Part shown: piece by piece, positions 23,331-36,355 of the stretch
Layout: each line of letters opens with the position of its first letter
How positions within the stretch are numbered: position 1 is the stretch's first letter
From: Macrostomum lignano
Taxonomy: Eukaryota
Reading direction: 5' to 3'
DNA length: 54,457 bases
Assembly (NCBI GenBank): GCA_002269645.1
Contig: NIVC01004217.1
Coordinates: forward strand, 1-54,457
The notes under the pieces: model-generated
Seen by the model: only the letters and a program-made list of their open reading frames with translations
The model's database searches: none
Told to the model about the DNA's origin: nothing
Translations under genes and position numbers: made by a program

Positions 23331-24285
23331 CTCTGACTAAAATTATGAGCAGATGTAAATTCATAAATAAAAAAAATCTGTTCGTATTAGCCATAAATCG
23401 ATAAATTGCGGCTAGAAAGTCACGGCTTGAGTTTGCAAGTTAGTAAAAGCAATAGAAATGCTGCCATTCGGTAAGACAGTATTAAATGCAGTGAAAGTTG
23501 ATCTGTACCAAAGGGTGATAAGAATGTCTATCCAATGACAGATTTTAATTGGCTGTTCGTTTGTTCTCCGCTCCAATGGCGTTTCCAAATCTACTTCATG
23601 CAACTTTGCCCTTTTGCGATGACAGGCGGTCCGTGCTCGACGCCACCGCCGCCGCCTCCGCCGCCAACAAAAATCTGCCCCCGCCGCCTAATTGGTATGC
23701 CAGGCGAGACTGGGCACAATACGTCCCAGAAGTTTTTACGCACTTACAACATAGAGCCGCTGCTTTCTTGAAATCAATGTTTCATGACCAAATTTAGCCT
23801 GAAAGGAGTTGACATGAGAATTTAGCGCTCTGCCTCTGACATCACTTATCCCAACTCCCCAACTAGCCTTCAGAAGCCGCCGTCGTTGAAGGCAGTGGCA
23901 GCTCTGCCGAAGGCGTTGAAGAGCTGCCCGCGATGTATAGTGACTGAAATTCGGTAATTGACAAGTACTAACAAATGTAAGCTGTTTATTTGCTTTTTTA
24001 CCTTGACCATGCATCATATGTATGCGGATATAGTTGCTCATTACCGTGCCTCCTCTGCCCATTCCTGCCTTCAGCACCGCCTCCTCTGTCCTGTCCTGCT
24101 GCCTCCAGCCCCAACCCTTCCTTCTCGTTGTCCTATCTAAGCATAAAATATAGATAAAAGTAAATGCAGATTAAAGTGCACGAAATTCATTTTGCCTATC
24201 AGTGACCTTTCCATAGCTTCCGTAGAGTGTCCATGGCTAATAGGCAGACTAACTGTTGCTTTATTTTGTAGGCAAAAATTAATGT

Positions 24286-24720
24286 CACTTTTGTCAGCTC
24301 AATCTTTCCCTGTCTCCAAGTGTTTCACATGCTCCTTTGCACTTTTGGCAACTCAATCTTTCCCTGTCTCCAAGTGTTTCACATGCTCCTTTGCACTTTT
24401 GGCAACTCAATCTTTCCCTGTCTCCAAGTGTTTCACATGCTACTTTGCACTTTTGTCAGCTCAATCTTTCCCTGTCTCCAAGTGTTTCACATGCTCCTTT
24501 TCACTTTTGTCAGCTCAATCTTTCTCTGTCTCCAAGTGTTTCACATGCTCCTTTTCACTTTTGTCAGCTCAATCTTTCCCTGTCTCCAAGTGTTTCACAT
24601 GCTCCTTTTCACTTTTGGCAACTCAATCTTTCCCTGTCTCCAAGTGTTTCACATGCTACTTTGCACTTTTGGCAACTCAATCTTTCATTGTCTCCAAGTG
24701 TTTCACATGTTACTTTGAAA
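24286..24720. repeat. 54-bp tandem repeat, ~8 copies
   Basis: cacttttgtcagctcaatctttccctgtctccaagtgtttcacatgctcctttg units. The overlapping repetitive ORFs are a by-product. Confidence 0.95.
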
Positions 24721-25850
24721 CTCTTTAACTCCCGTTATTATTTTCAGTTGCCGGACCCGTGCCGATCTGGGCGAACGCGATTTCCTATTCGTTTCGAGAT
24801 AGCAATGTATTGCCAGGGCCAAATTTATTTATAACTAGCAGACTACTTCACTAGCACTTCCTGTGCCTAGGGATTCAAGTATTTTACGGTATCGCTTTTC
24901 TTTAAAATACTCAATGCATTTTTATAAACAACTAAAATCCTATACTTTCTCTTTAATGTGTTGTGTGTAGCCAAGGCTTGAAGTTTCCAGTTGAGTTGAA
25001 CAGTAAAGTGCTAGGTGCGCACAGTGGCTTTATTTATATATTTGTTATTTAGAAAAAACTACATGATCGATATTTTAACTAAACTAGAAAAACTGCACGA
25101 TCGATAAATTATAAAAGAGCTAGCTACAGATATCACGTGATTAAATTAGGTTTAAACTATACAGATAATTTATCAACTACTCTACTTAAAGTGGCAGTAT
25201 AAGTAAAAGACAATAATAATAATATAGTTAGCATTTGCGTTATAGAATAAATATTTAGTAGAGGGTAGATTAGCGTAACAGTATATCAATAATAATAAGT
25301 TGGTCTGTCAGGTTACACGACACAACAATATGTACCTCCTATGTAAGTTGCATAAAATGTTGAATTGCAATTTCAGTATACAAAGTATCAGTGCAATTTT
25401 CGCGCAAAATAAAATTGAAATTTCTGTATATTGAACTGAAAATGCTATTACAAAGTGTTATACAGTTAGAAGACTGTCTGCACATTTTATTTTGTCTAGA
25501 ATTCAATACCTTACTGCTGAAATTGCGCTGGGCAAAGCAAAATCTGCTTGATAGGGCGATTTTAATAAATTTATCAATTTTCTATGCATTGTACTTAATA
25601 CGTTTGTTTTTTATTAGCAAGCTATTTCCAACGTCATCATTTATTTACTTTAAAATTTAAAATAAACGATAATTTGATGCTTGAACAACAAAACATTTTT
25701 TATTTAAAATTGCAAATTTTGTTTTGGTGCTTGTGCTCCTTTATTAAACGTTCTACACGATAAATTTTAAATGTTATAATATTTGGATTTCATACAGCAA
25801 AGAGAACTTTGTCATCAAAATTGTCTAACACAGAATTCCCATGTGTTAAT

Positions 25851-25975
25851 TAGTTCATTCAGCTCTGAAATTGGTAGCAGTACCAGCATACGCTGGGGTA
25901 CAAATTTGGATTGATGTGTGGCGGCCCTCCCCTGTCCATGGACTGAACAGTCGTCAACAGTTTTGGAAGCGCTTT
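25851..25975 (+). mobile_element. Short degenerate fragment of the same SINE family
   Basis: ttagttcattcagct..gtaccagcat..tggactgaacag. Confidence 0.5.
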
Positions 25976-26699
25976 CTACTAATTTGTATTACTTCTTTCG
26001 ATTTTATTTTTTGCAAAGTCTAGTTCACCTTAATTCAATCGATCCCGGTTTCTCGAACAATTTTTTTACTTGATTTTTATCCCTTCTTCTTTTTCTTCCT
26101 GTCTTTCTCCTCGATCCCTCCCCTCTCCTTTGTCCCTGTCTTTGTCCCTATAAAAAGATAAAAGTGAAAATCAACATCGATTTTATTCTCCAATTTGTCC
26201 CACTTAACTACTACAATTCCAGGTTAAATCACTTGCCGTCCTTAACAACAAGGGCTGCTAATTAAGCTTGCCGTCCTTTGCAATTTTGAGCAGAAAATCA
26301 CGCCATTAAAATTTTACAAAACTTTTTTAAAACACAAAACAAAAATTAAAAACTTATATAAAAAATAGCAACACTTGAATATACAAGATGTAAAATTTTC
26401 TTACCAAGTTTGCTTTGATTCAGAAATTTTTAATGTAACTGTATACTACGTCATAAATAAACTTAGCGTAGTACTTAGATACTTTATTTAAAAAATTCCT
26501 TAATTTCATACTTCGATGAATCGATGTCGATCGAATTGATTGATCCTGATTGAAATAAGAAACCCCAAATTCTAAGTTTCAATCCGAATACTCAAAAGTC
26601 CAATCCCAGATCCGAAATTCCGATCCCAGATCCTACAATCAAATCCCGAATCATTAAATTCAATCCCAAATTTAAGAAATTCAGTCCCAGATGCCAAAC

Positions 26700-28075
26700 T
26701 CAGATCGTGTTGACCACCACGCCGACGCTCGCCGCAACGGCAACTAGCCTGTCCAGCTGGCGTTTAGCGCCCTCGACGGTCGAGGACAGCAGGGCGAGGT
26801 CGTCGGCGTAGCCAAGCACGCTGAGCCGCTTCTCCGGTTGACGTCGACCCACGCGTCGCCGCAGCAGAAAGCCGTCGTCGTCGGTGGTAAGAGCAGTCCG
26901 CAGCATCCAGTCAAGCACCAGGACGAACAGGAACGGCGCCAGCGTATCTCGCTGAAGCACTCTGGAGGATGTCTCAAACGAGTCCGATAGGACGTCCGGT
27001 TTTGTCACAGCAGCTGTCGTATCACGGTAAATCGCCATGATGGCGGAGATCAGCTGCTCAGGCAGGTTGTACGTGCGAGCACCATTGGAAGCACGGCTCT
27101 GACAACCGAGTCGAAAGCCTTCTTGAAATCAATAAAGATTAGAATCAGGATCGACTGGCGAATCCGCGCCTCCTCGATGACTCGGCGAAGAGCCAGGATC
27201 TGCGCCACTGTGCCGCGATGGGGCCAGAACCCGTTCTGCTCTGGGCGCAGGTACGGATCCAGCACGGGTTGCTACCGCGAAAGCAGCATCTGGTTGAATA
27301 GCTTCGCTGCACAGGACTGAAGGCAGATGCCTCGATGGTCTTCAAGCCTAGTGGTGCCCGGCTTCTTTGGAACAGCGACGATGTGCGCCGTGGTCCATTC
27401 GTTGGGCCTCACCGAAGAGCACGCGGTTCATCACTCTGGCGACCTCGATCAGCGGCCACAAGGGGATGCGCAGCGCCTCGATGGCACCTCGTCCGGACCC
27501 AGCGCTTTCCCGCCCGGTGACTGCTGGGCGAGCTTGACAACGTCGGCTGCGTTAACTGGGGCTACGCTGAAACTCTCCTCTGCCGGCAACGGCGTCTCCG
27601 GCGGCAGCGTCAGACTGTCTGGCAGCGGGGGTGGCGGCGCGTTGACGATGGCGGCGAAGAACTCGCGCAGCTCGTTCCTGCGCTCGTCCGGAGTGTCACC
27701 AGACAGGTTCAGCGGATTGCGCAGCTTTCGCCCCGTCAGAGCGTTGATGGCGGACCAGGCCACGCGCCCTCTGGCATCGGGCCCAGCGGCAGAGACAAGC
27801 CTGAATGGCGTCATCGACAGCCGCTTGTTGGCGCTGCACTGCAGGTAGACAGCCGCCAGTGCTGCCTCTGCCTCGCGGATTGGTCGCCTGCTCAAGCGGA
27901 GCCTCTCTAGATCTTCCCTCGCTGCCTGAATCGCGGGGTCATTCTGCCAGACCGGCTGCCCACGTTAAGCCAGTTGCATCATCGGGACTGCTTGCTCCGC
28001 GGCGGTTCTGACTGCAGCGCACACTTCCGCATACTTGGCACTTCCACGCAGCTTGTCGCCCAGCGCAGTGTTAAA
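26700..28075 (-). mobile_element. Internal fragment of the same RTE-clade family (RT N-terminal half through YADD), truncated at both ends
   Basis: LDPYLRPEQNGF..RGTVAQILALRRVIEE, FIDFKKAFDSV, QRDTLAPFLF, LGYADDLAL. It overlaps the 17250 copy by ~210 bp at high identity and is flanked on both sides by degenerate aatcccagatcc repeats. Confidence 0.9.
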
Positions 28076-28487
28076 GGCTAAAGATACTAAATTCTGATCC
28101 CAGATCCTAAACTCTAGTTCCAGATCCTAAAATCCAATCCCTAATCCTAAAATCCAATCCCATGTAACAAAACGACAATCCTAATATTCTAAATCTAATA
28201 TAATAATTTTTTATTCGTACAAATCCTAGATACTCAATTGAATTCCTAAACAAAAATCCTATCGAAATGTAGGTTCCAGTTTTATAATTTTAATCGCATA
28301 GGTCTATCATATCATAACCTCCAATTTTAAGATCTTGACTTCCATTCCCATATCGTAGGCTCCAATCACAAACAGCAACTTTAGAGGATCTTTGGGCTCT
28401 AAATTTTAAATCCCGAATTTTAATTCCTCATAGTCTCAGGTACTTTTTTAAAGATCCCCAGTCTTTTAGAAAATGAGGAAAATAATG

Positions 28488-28792
28488 ATAAAGTTTTTCG
28501 TTCAGAAAATTAGGATTCTATGTTAATTTTTTATTCTACATTTCTACGTATGTTCTGTATCTAAAAATCACAAAAATGCATGACATAGCTCCAATATTTG
28601 GTTTTATGAATCTATATTATCATTTCTGTTACAAATCTTTGCTACACAGTCAGGTAAGAATGATAAAATAGACTCATAAAACCAAAGAGCCGAGCCGTGG
28701 CATTTTACGTATTTCAGACACAAGGCACTTGAAAATATACGTAGAATAAAAAATTAACATAGAATCCTAATTTTCTGAACGAAAAGCTTTAT
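28488..28792. mobile_element. MITE-like element with 52-bp inverted repeats
   Basis: 28488-28539 and 28741-28792 are reverse complements with 1 mismatch. A TA TSD is possible but ambiguous. Confidence 0.7.
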
Positions 28793-30788
28793 AAATATCG
28801 ATAGAGCAATAAATAAGGCACAACATATCAAAATATCAACACTGGATCTGCCTCCTATCAAAAGTTATAGCAATTTTTGTGCTGAAAAAATGAAAATTTC
28901 CTATCTCCGCAGTGTATTTTTTCGGGAAAAAGTGCCTTCAAAAATTTTCTAAGAAACGAGGTTTCCCGTCCTTCTACTTAAGTCGTCCTTGTTATGCAGT
29001 GTGTACACTCGATATCTAGCAATAGACACGTACAGTTCACTTTAAAATCTGCAAACAGGCCTTTGTGAAAGAGAAAGCACTGCACCTCCTTATACGAGTA
29101 GTGCATCATTTTATTAAAAAGTAAACCAGCTACAACGATGGAAATTTCGCATACATCGGATTCAGAGACTGATGATGTCATCACAGAGAATGCTGAAACC
29201 TGAAACCGAGTCACTGGATTCCATTGCAGCTAAATAGGACTTTTTTCACCCATTTTTATGATCAGCGTTGCTGACCATGCTCGGCAGGAACGGCTACTGT
29301 GCAGTATATAACCAGCAGTAAAGGCTGTTGGTCCATGGTTAGCTCTGCTGCCCATCTGGCAGCTTAAAGTTAACACTACCAGGGGGGTGAGTGAGAGGGG
29401 TCAAACGCGTTTGCCTCTCGCAGCACGGTCCCTGAGCTCGATTCCGCGGCGAGGCCCACGTACATGTACATTAATTTGAGGCGCAGCCGCGGAGAGAAGG
29501 CTTGGGGGGGGGCTTTTCGTGCAATTTACGCCCATGAGGGCCAACCTCCAATTAAAGACACCGAGAGAATGTACACTGCCTGACGATGACAAAGTCAGAG
29601 CAGATGTACACATTTGTGTGAGTGCGTGCCTGCGTACGGTATCTGTGTGCGTGTGTGCTCAATCAGGAGTCAGTAGAATGGGCGGAGTTGCCTCCTCGCT
29701 GGCTGCCGGTCTACTGTCAACTGTTACCAAATGTTGTGCCAGTGCTAGCTCACAGCCCTCCTGCAAATAAGAAGAATAATAAAATAAGCAACACTACACA
29801 CAGAACCGTAAACTAAACATTTATTTACCCCGATATGTCCATTAACATGTACGATATAAAACAGCAGTCATGCGCCAATTTAAGATTATGCACACTTACG
29901 CCACATATATGCGTCGAACTCGAACTACAAATATCTTACATGTACATACAGCTGTAGTCGCTAAAATATCACACATAAAATTTGTGAAAATAAAATAACA
30001 CAAAAATATCACAAATCTAAATTTCCTATCTCCGTAGTGTATTTTTTCGGGAGAAAGTGTCTTCAAAAATTTTCTAAGAATAGGCATTCTATGATTCGAA
30101 AATGCCTGTCATTCAGGTACAGGTCACGGAGAGCTCCGAAAATCGATACACGTCAGTTTCAGATGGACACTTTTGTGCCTGTAAATTTCCAATCAGATTT
30201 ATTCAGTAGAAAATGCTGTACGAGGACTACAAAAATACGCTACGGAGATATAGGAGCAGAGCGAAAATGCCTGACATTTTCCAGTCACTACGAGCTATAA
30301 TGAATCATGAAAATGCTTAAAAATCGACATACATATACGTCAGTTTCAAATGGGAAATTTTGTGCCTGTAAAGTTTTGTGGTTATCCGTTAAGCCAAATA
30401 AGTCCTTAATATTTTGTTTACCATCGACTCTAAATCTGAATATCGCTCGGGAAACTAATAAATTGTCTGTGAAAGATCAGGGACGAAAATGAAAACTTCC
30501 ATTTTTCTGTATACTATTTTTTTACCTAAATCCAACATCGGCAGACACTTAGTTAAGTTTTTATAGTAAAGCACTATTTTTTATAATTTTTTTATAAAAC
30601 TTCCTAGCTTAGTAAAATTATTCCTTGAAAATGCACTAACATTGCTAAGTTTTGTTTGTATGCTTTAATAATTGAGTTTCTCTTCTATATAAGCCGTCAT
30701 ACAGATACACGTAAGAAATTCTAATACTTACGTACACTACTACATACTGCTTTACTATTTTGAAGCTTACAACAAGAAACAGTCATCC

Positions 30789-31686
30789 ATGAAAAGTAAT
30801 TTAATTTTACTCTTTCTGGGCTCATTGTTTATTTACGGTGAATGTCAGCAGAAAGTTCTTCTCTCTAGCGTGCAATCAATAACACTCCACAGTGAAAAGT
30901 TTACCACAGCGCGGAGAGGATCGCCAATACCTCAACTTCGTTGCATTCCAACTGTTATACCTTGTAAATCTCTTCCAAGCACAGTGCAATGTTACAATAA
31001 AGGAACGGATGGACTAGACGTGCAGTGGAAATGCGAGGCTCAATTGCCAAAAAGTGTTCAGTTCGACACAATACAGGTAAGCTAAATAGTTTTTAGATGC
31101 TACAGTTTATGTTTAAGAATAATGACAGAGTAACATTGCATTGCAGGTCAGCTGTGAAGGCTACGATCACCCATCTGATCCCTACATTCTTGCTGGCTCT
31201 TGCGGTTTGACGTTCTCACTGAAGCCAACTGGAATTCATCATCACAAGCATAGTCATCATGGACATCACCACCATCATCAGCACAACGCGCACTATGAAG
31301 TGCACACTGTGCGAAGTAGTGCCACGGTGCCAATTATTTCCGGCATACTATTGGTAGTTGTGCTGATTGGCCTAGTGTTACTAGCCTACAGAATTTGTCC
31401 CTGCCATCCGACGCATCCGACAATGCTTAGCGACACTCCGCCGACCTATTATTGTCGAACTCAGTACAAACCGCTGGTCGATGAGTGCAGCGGCGGCCAC
31501 AACGGTCCTGGTTTTTGGACAGGAGCGGCAATTGGCGGTGCTGCTGGATACCTGGTTGGCAGCTCGGGCCCGACGGTGGCTGATACGACAGTTGTCCAGA
31601 CATGCGTGATATCATCTGACGATGATTCCTGCGATGAAGACGAAGTCGTAACATCGGCCGGCTACGCGTCGACCTGGAGACGATAG
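30789..31686 (+). CDS. SARAF: Store-operated calcium entry-associated regulatory factor (SARAF/TMEM66); 2 exons (30789-31076, 31147-31686), 275 aa
   Basis: Signal peptide; KVLLSSVQSITL..TTARRGSPIPQLRC..VQCYNKGTDGLDVQWKCEAQL..VSCEGYDHPSDPYILAGSCGL; one TM helix; GPGFWTGAAIGGAAGYLVG; C-terminal GYASTWRR. 70-nt phase-0 GT-AG intron. Confidence 0.95.
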
Positions 31687-32194
31687 TTTTTTTAACTTCA
31701 GCAAAGTTTTTAACACTCGGGCGTTGACAAGCAATACGTTTCAAAGCCAAATTTATTGTGTTCGCAAAAATATTTAAAACGCTGAATCTTTCGGCTTGAT
31801 TCTATTTCAATACTTTTACACGTAAAAAGATTCTGCTCATTTAAATGTAATTTGACCTCCCGTATTCCCCATCGTCTTTTACTCTCAAATGCTTCGCTGA
31901 ATCTTGTCCATTTTAGAATATTTAATTTCAGTATATTGGATTACGGATTGCTGCAGCTTCAAAAATACATGACTGCATGTACAAGTACATTCCCATATGT
32001 ACTTTATAAGTATTGCATCTTTAAATATAAATCGTTATAGTAATTGTGCATGCCTGCACTCTGGTAGGTTGTTTATTTTTCAATCTGTCCAATCAGTTAT
32101 TTAAACCAAAAACTCATGGTTTACACTGCTATTGTATCATTGTATCATTTCTCACTGAAAATTGGGATAGAAATGACATCGGGGGAAATTTCTG

Positions 32195-33270
32195 AGATTT
32201 CAAGGCTCACCCAGGGGGGGGGGTAATAGCTGAAATATGTCATTGCTTACGGGGATATTTCTGAGATCTCAAGGCTTACTGGGGGAATTTCTGAGATCTC
32301 AAGGCCTACTGGGGGAATTTCTGAGATCTCAAGTCTCACAGGGGAAAATCGCTGAAATATCATTGCTTACGGGGATATTTCTGAGATCTCGAAGCTTACT
32401 GGGGAAATTTCTGAGATCTCAAGGCTTACTGGGGGAATTTCTGAGATCTCAAGGCCTACTGGGGGAATTTCTGAGATCTCAAGTCTCACAGGGGAAAATC
32501 GCTGAAATATCATTGCTTACGGGGATATTTCTGAAATCTCGAAGCTTACTGGGGAAATTTCTGAGATCTTAAGGCTTACTGGGGGAATTTCTGAGATCTC
32601 AAGGCTTATTGGGGCATTGCTGAGATGTCAAGGCTCACGGGGAATAGCTGAAAAGTCATGGCTTACATGTATGAGGGAATTGCTGAGATGTCAAGGCTCA
32701 CGGGGAATAGCTGAAAAGTCATGGCTTACATGTATGAGGGAATTGCTGGAGATGTCAAGGCTCACGGGGAATAGCTGAAAAGTCATGGCTTACATGTATG
32801 AGGGAATTGCTGGAGATGTCAAGGCTCACGGGGAATAGCTGAAAAGTCATGGCTTACATGTATGAGGGAATTGCTGGAGATGTCAAGGCTCACGGGGAAT
32901 AGCTGAAAAGTCATGGCTTACATGTATGAGGGAATTGCTGAGATGTCAAGGCTCACGGGGAATAGCTGAAAAGTCATGGCTTACATGTATGAGGGAATTG
33001 CTGGAGATGTCAAGGCTCACGGGGAATAGCTGAAAAGTCATGGCTTACATGTATGAGGGAATTGCTGGAGATGTCAAGGCTCACGGGGAATAGCTGAAAA
33101 GTCATGGCTTACATGTATGAGGGAATTGCTGGAGATGTCAAGGCTCACGGGGAATAGCTGAAAAGTCATGGCTTACATGTATGAGGGAATTGCTGGAGAT
33201 GTCAAGGCTCACGGGGAATAGCTGAAAAGTCATGACTTACATGTATGAAGGAATTGCTGAGATGTCAAGG
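32195..33270. repeat. Compound satellite: ~30-bp monomers in 120-150-bp higher-order units, passing into ~10 copies of a 63-64-bp dimeric unit
   Basis: tttctgagatctcaaggcttactggggga monomers at 32195-32620; gggaattgctggagatgtcaaggctcacggggaatagctgaaaagtcatggcttacatgtatga units at 32620-33270. Confidence 0.93.
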
Positions 33271-34104
33271 CTGAGGTCAGAAGCTAATTTGTAGTTTATT
33301 CAAAAAATTGTATTCCATTTTTTGTTTTTGGCTCCCCTAAAAGGGAGGGCGCTGATTGGCATTGCTAGTTTCTCACTGAAAATTGGGATGGCTGAGTTGA
33401 CCAATGGTTTGGGGTACTCAATTTTCAACGCTGCTGTAGTGTATGACGTATGAGTGAATTTCTTGCCATAGTTTTGCTTTCATCAGATTGGTCCAGTGTT
33501 TTCGTTTTGTTATTTCTTAGTGGTTTTATACAATGCATTTCTCTCCTCTATAATTTTGAAACCACTTTTCTAAGCTGCTGTTACTCGCATGTTGCAACCG
33601 GGGACAGATATTAGACCGCTTTAAACCGGTAGTGGAAGCGATATTAACTCAACGTCTATTATCAAGAACTATCGGATCGATAAAAATGAGTTTCTCACCA
33701 TTGCGCATGGCAGGAATATCAGGAACACTGCGCATGTGAATTTTGAGCGCGCGCAAGTCCACCGGGTTCCTCACTTCACTGTCAAAAAGTTGGACTGACT
33801 ATCGATTTATTCATATCTTCACTGTACCGCCAGATCGTCAACGTGCTGCATGCTTCGTAAAACAGTGTACATGTAGATTCTTTAACACTGCTCTGCTCGG
33901 CTCTCGGGCAGAGAAGTGGAGTGTAAAGCATTTAATAATAGTAAGAAAGAAAACATCTGCCCTCGCTTTTAAATACATTATACAATTTAGACCACTAATT
34001 CAGTGTGAATTACCAATACTGTGACCAGTACTAATAGTAGCGTCTTGTGCTCGTAACTCTCACGTTGTCATGCGGCACAGAAGTACAGTAAATCGATCAG
34101 CGAC

Positions 34105-34345
34105 CCTCCCCAGTCAATAAAGCCAACCACCCTCCACAGTCAATAAAGCCAACCACCCCTCCCCAGTCGATAGAGCCAACCACCCTCCACAGTCAATAAA
34201 GCTAACCACCCTCCCCAGTCGATAGAGCCAACCACCCTCCACAGTCAATAAAGCCAACCACCCCTCCCCAGTCGATAGAGCCAACCACCCTCCACAGTCA
34301 ATAAAGCCAACCACCCCTCCTCAGTCGATAAAAGCGGTCGATAAA
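34105..34345. repeat. 26-27-bp alternating tandem repeat
   Basis: ccctccacagtcaataaagccaacca alternates with ccctccccagtcgatagagccaacca. Confidence 0.9.
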
Positions 34346-34609
34346 GCCAGCCACCCCTACTTATCTACCTTCAGAGTTTAAAATCCTTCAACCCTTTAGC
34401 TCGTAATAAATCTAACCACCTCCTACCTAATCACCCTTAATCGGTGAAAAAACAAGCCATTTCGCAGATTCCAGCAATCTATTACTAGATCAAAGAAAGT
34501 TCTGGTTTCCAATTTATCTAGCCTTTGGTCTCATCTGAATGATAAGATTTTTCTTGGGACGATTATTGCAATTTTCTCTTATAGTTTTCTTTTACAATAA
34601 TGTGCAAAC

Positions 34610-34770
34610 CAACCCCTCTCCGCCTTAACCATCAAACCAACCCACCTCACGCACTCCTCTCTGCCTTAACCATCAAACCAACCACCTCACGTAACCCTCT
34701 CCGCCTTTACCATCAAACCAACCACCTCACGTACCCCTCTCTGCCTTAACCATCAAACCAAACATTTCAC
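34610..34770. repeat. ~40-bp tandem repeat, ~4 copies
   Basis: ccctctccgccttaaccatcaaaccaaccacctcacg units. Confidence 0.85.
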
Positions 34771-34879
34771 GCACCTCTAAACGTCCCAATATACTTTAAG
34801 GCCCGAAGTCTGCGTACCGCACATGTCTATTCAAGACCAATTTAAAAAAATACAAGACGAAACCTTCCTTCAACTCCAG

Positions 34880-35691
34880 CGATGGAAAAATTTCCAAGGC
34901 GGAGATGCAAGCCTACTTCACTCGGATAGACTCGCAAGCGCTCAAGATGAGCTTTAGCCACAATTTCCACGTGAACACGTACTTCCGGCCAACTTTCTGC
35001 GACAGATGCTCCGGCCTGTTGTGGGGCATCCGACGACAGGGCTGGAAGTGCCGAGACTGCGGCATCAGCGTGCACAAGCACTGCAAAGACGCTGTTGTCG
35101 TTGAGTGCCGGGGCCACGGCACGAGGCACGGTTCCTTGGCTGATGGTAAGTGGCGAGGCTGCTGTGAGCCGATTGGGTCCAAATTTATCAACAATACAAC
35201 AGCGACAGAATACGCTGCCAGTAGGTCTTAAAATATAAATGACGTCCCTCGCGACTAAAGCGGTCCTCCAAGATTCGTCGCGAGTTTAAATGTCACTTTT
35301 TTGGACGCAAATTATTGATAAGTAAACAAACGCTTCAGGCTCGAATTCTGGCAGCAACGGCAGATCGATTTCCAATTCGGCCTCCGCCTCCGGCGGTTCC
35401 GCTTCATCAGCTTCACCATCTCCGTCATCGCAGCGGGCCGACAGGGTGAAAGAAAGTCAAACTGAGCCGGACAGCCTGGTGACTGAAGCGGTAAGAGTTG
35501 CTCAGGCTCAGGAGAGCTCCCGGCTGCAGCAGGAGGCCATGGAGCTGCGTGAAACTGTAGCTAGACAGTCTGCGCTTCGCCAATATATCAGCGACCCCCA
35601 GCTTCATTGTGCAGCAGAGCAAGACACTCGGGTTGCCATTGGACACGGAGATCTGAGTCTTGGGAGCCGATGCGAAATCACGAGCCTCTGA
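34880..35691 (+). CDS. RASGRP: Last two exons (34880-35145, 35339-35691) of a RasGRP/CalDAG-GEF-like gene: second EF-hand, C1 domain, low-complexity tail
   Basis: DGKISKAEMQAYF (EF-hand) is followed directly by HNFHVNTYFRPTFCDRCSGLLWGIRRQGWKCRDCGISVHKHCKDAVVVEC, the RasGRP domain order. Acceptor ccttcaactccag, donor G|gtaagt, and a phase-1 join to the last exon. The REM/RasGEF exons were not located. Confidence 0.8.
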
Positions 35692-35914
35692 GACACAGAG
35701 TCTGACTGATATCTGCATCAATTTCGATCAGTGCACATTAGTTTAGCTAGAATAGTTTGTCAGCACTAATAGATCTTGATGTTCGTCTGTGCTAGATTAG
35801 TTAGCTAGTGTTGTGCCTGTAAATATACGTTGTAGAGTATCTATGTTGTGTCAGTATTTATAGATCAACTACTAGCTATTATTGTCTCAGTTTATATATA
35901 ATAAATACTGAAGC

Positions 35915-36260
35915 TTGATAGATTAGATAGATCAGATACGAGTACACTTTAGAACAGATATATCAGATAGATCAGATAGATCAGATAGAACAGATAGATT
36001 AGATGGATCAGAAAGATCAGATAGATAATATATATCGGATAGATCAGATAGATTAGATAGATCAGATACAAATGTAGATCAGATAGATCAGATAGATCGG
36101 ATAGATCAGATAGATCAGATAGATCGGATAGATCAGATAGATCAGATAGATCGGATAGATCAGATAGATCGGATAGATCAGATAGATCAGATAGAACAGA
36201 TAGATCGGATAGAACAGATAGATCAATTATATCAGATAGAACCGATAAAACAAATAAATT
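35915..36260. repeat. Compound (GATA/GATCA)n microsatellite
   Basis: agatagatcagatagatc runs. Confidence 0.9.
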
Positions 36261-36355
36261 GATAATAAAATTCGATCATAAGTTCCATAGATGGATAGAC
36301 TGGACACAAAACTGTTAATCTCGCACAGATATTATAAATACGCTCGTATTAAAGA

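Noticed and set aside
23535-23940. GC-rich patches with Pro/Ala-rich ORFs, considered as upstream RasGRP exons
   Set aside because: No REM/RasGEF motif and no consistent splice-site pair that keeps a frame open.
24192-24834. Three overlapping repetitive ORFs (178, 132 and 165 aa)
   Set aside because: A consequence of a stop-free 54-bp repeat unit.
29400-29800. CpG-rich segment with short ORF MGGVASSLAAG..., a possible promoter or first exon
   Set aside because: The ORF stops after about 30 codons, has no donor site, and cannot be linked to a gene.
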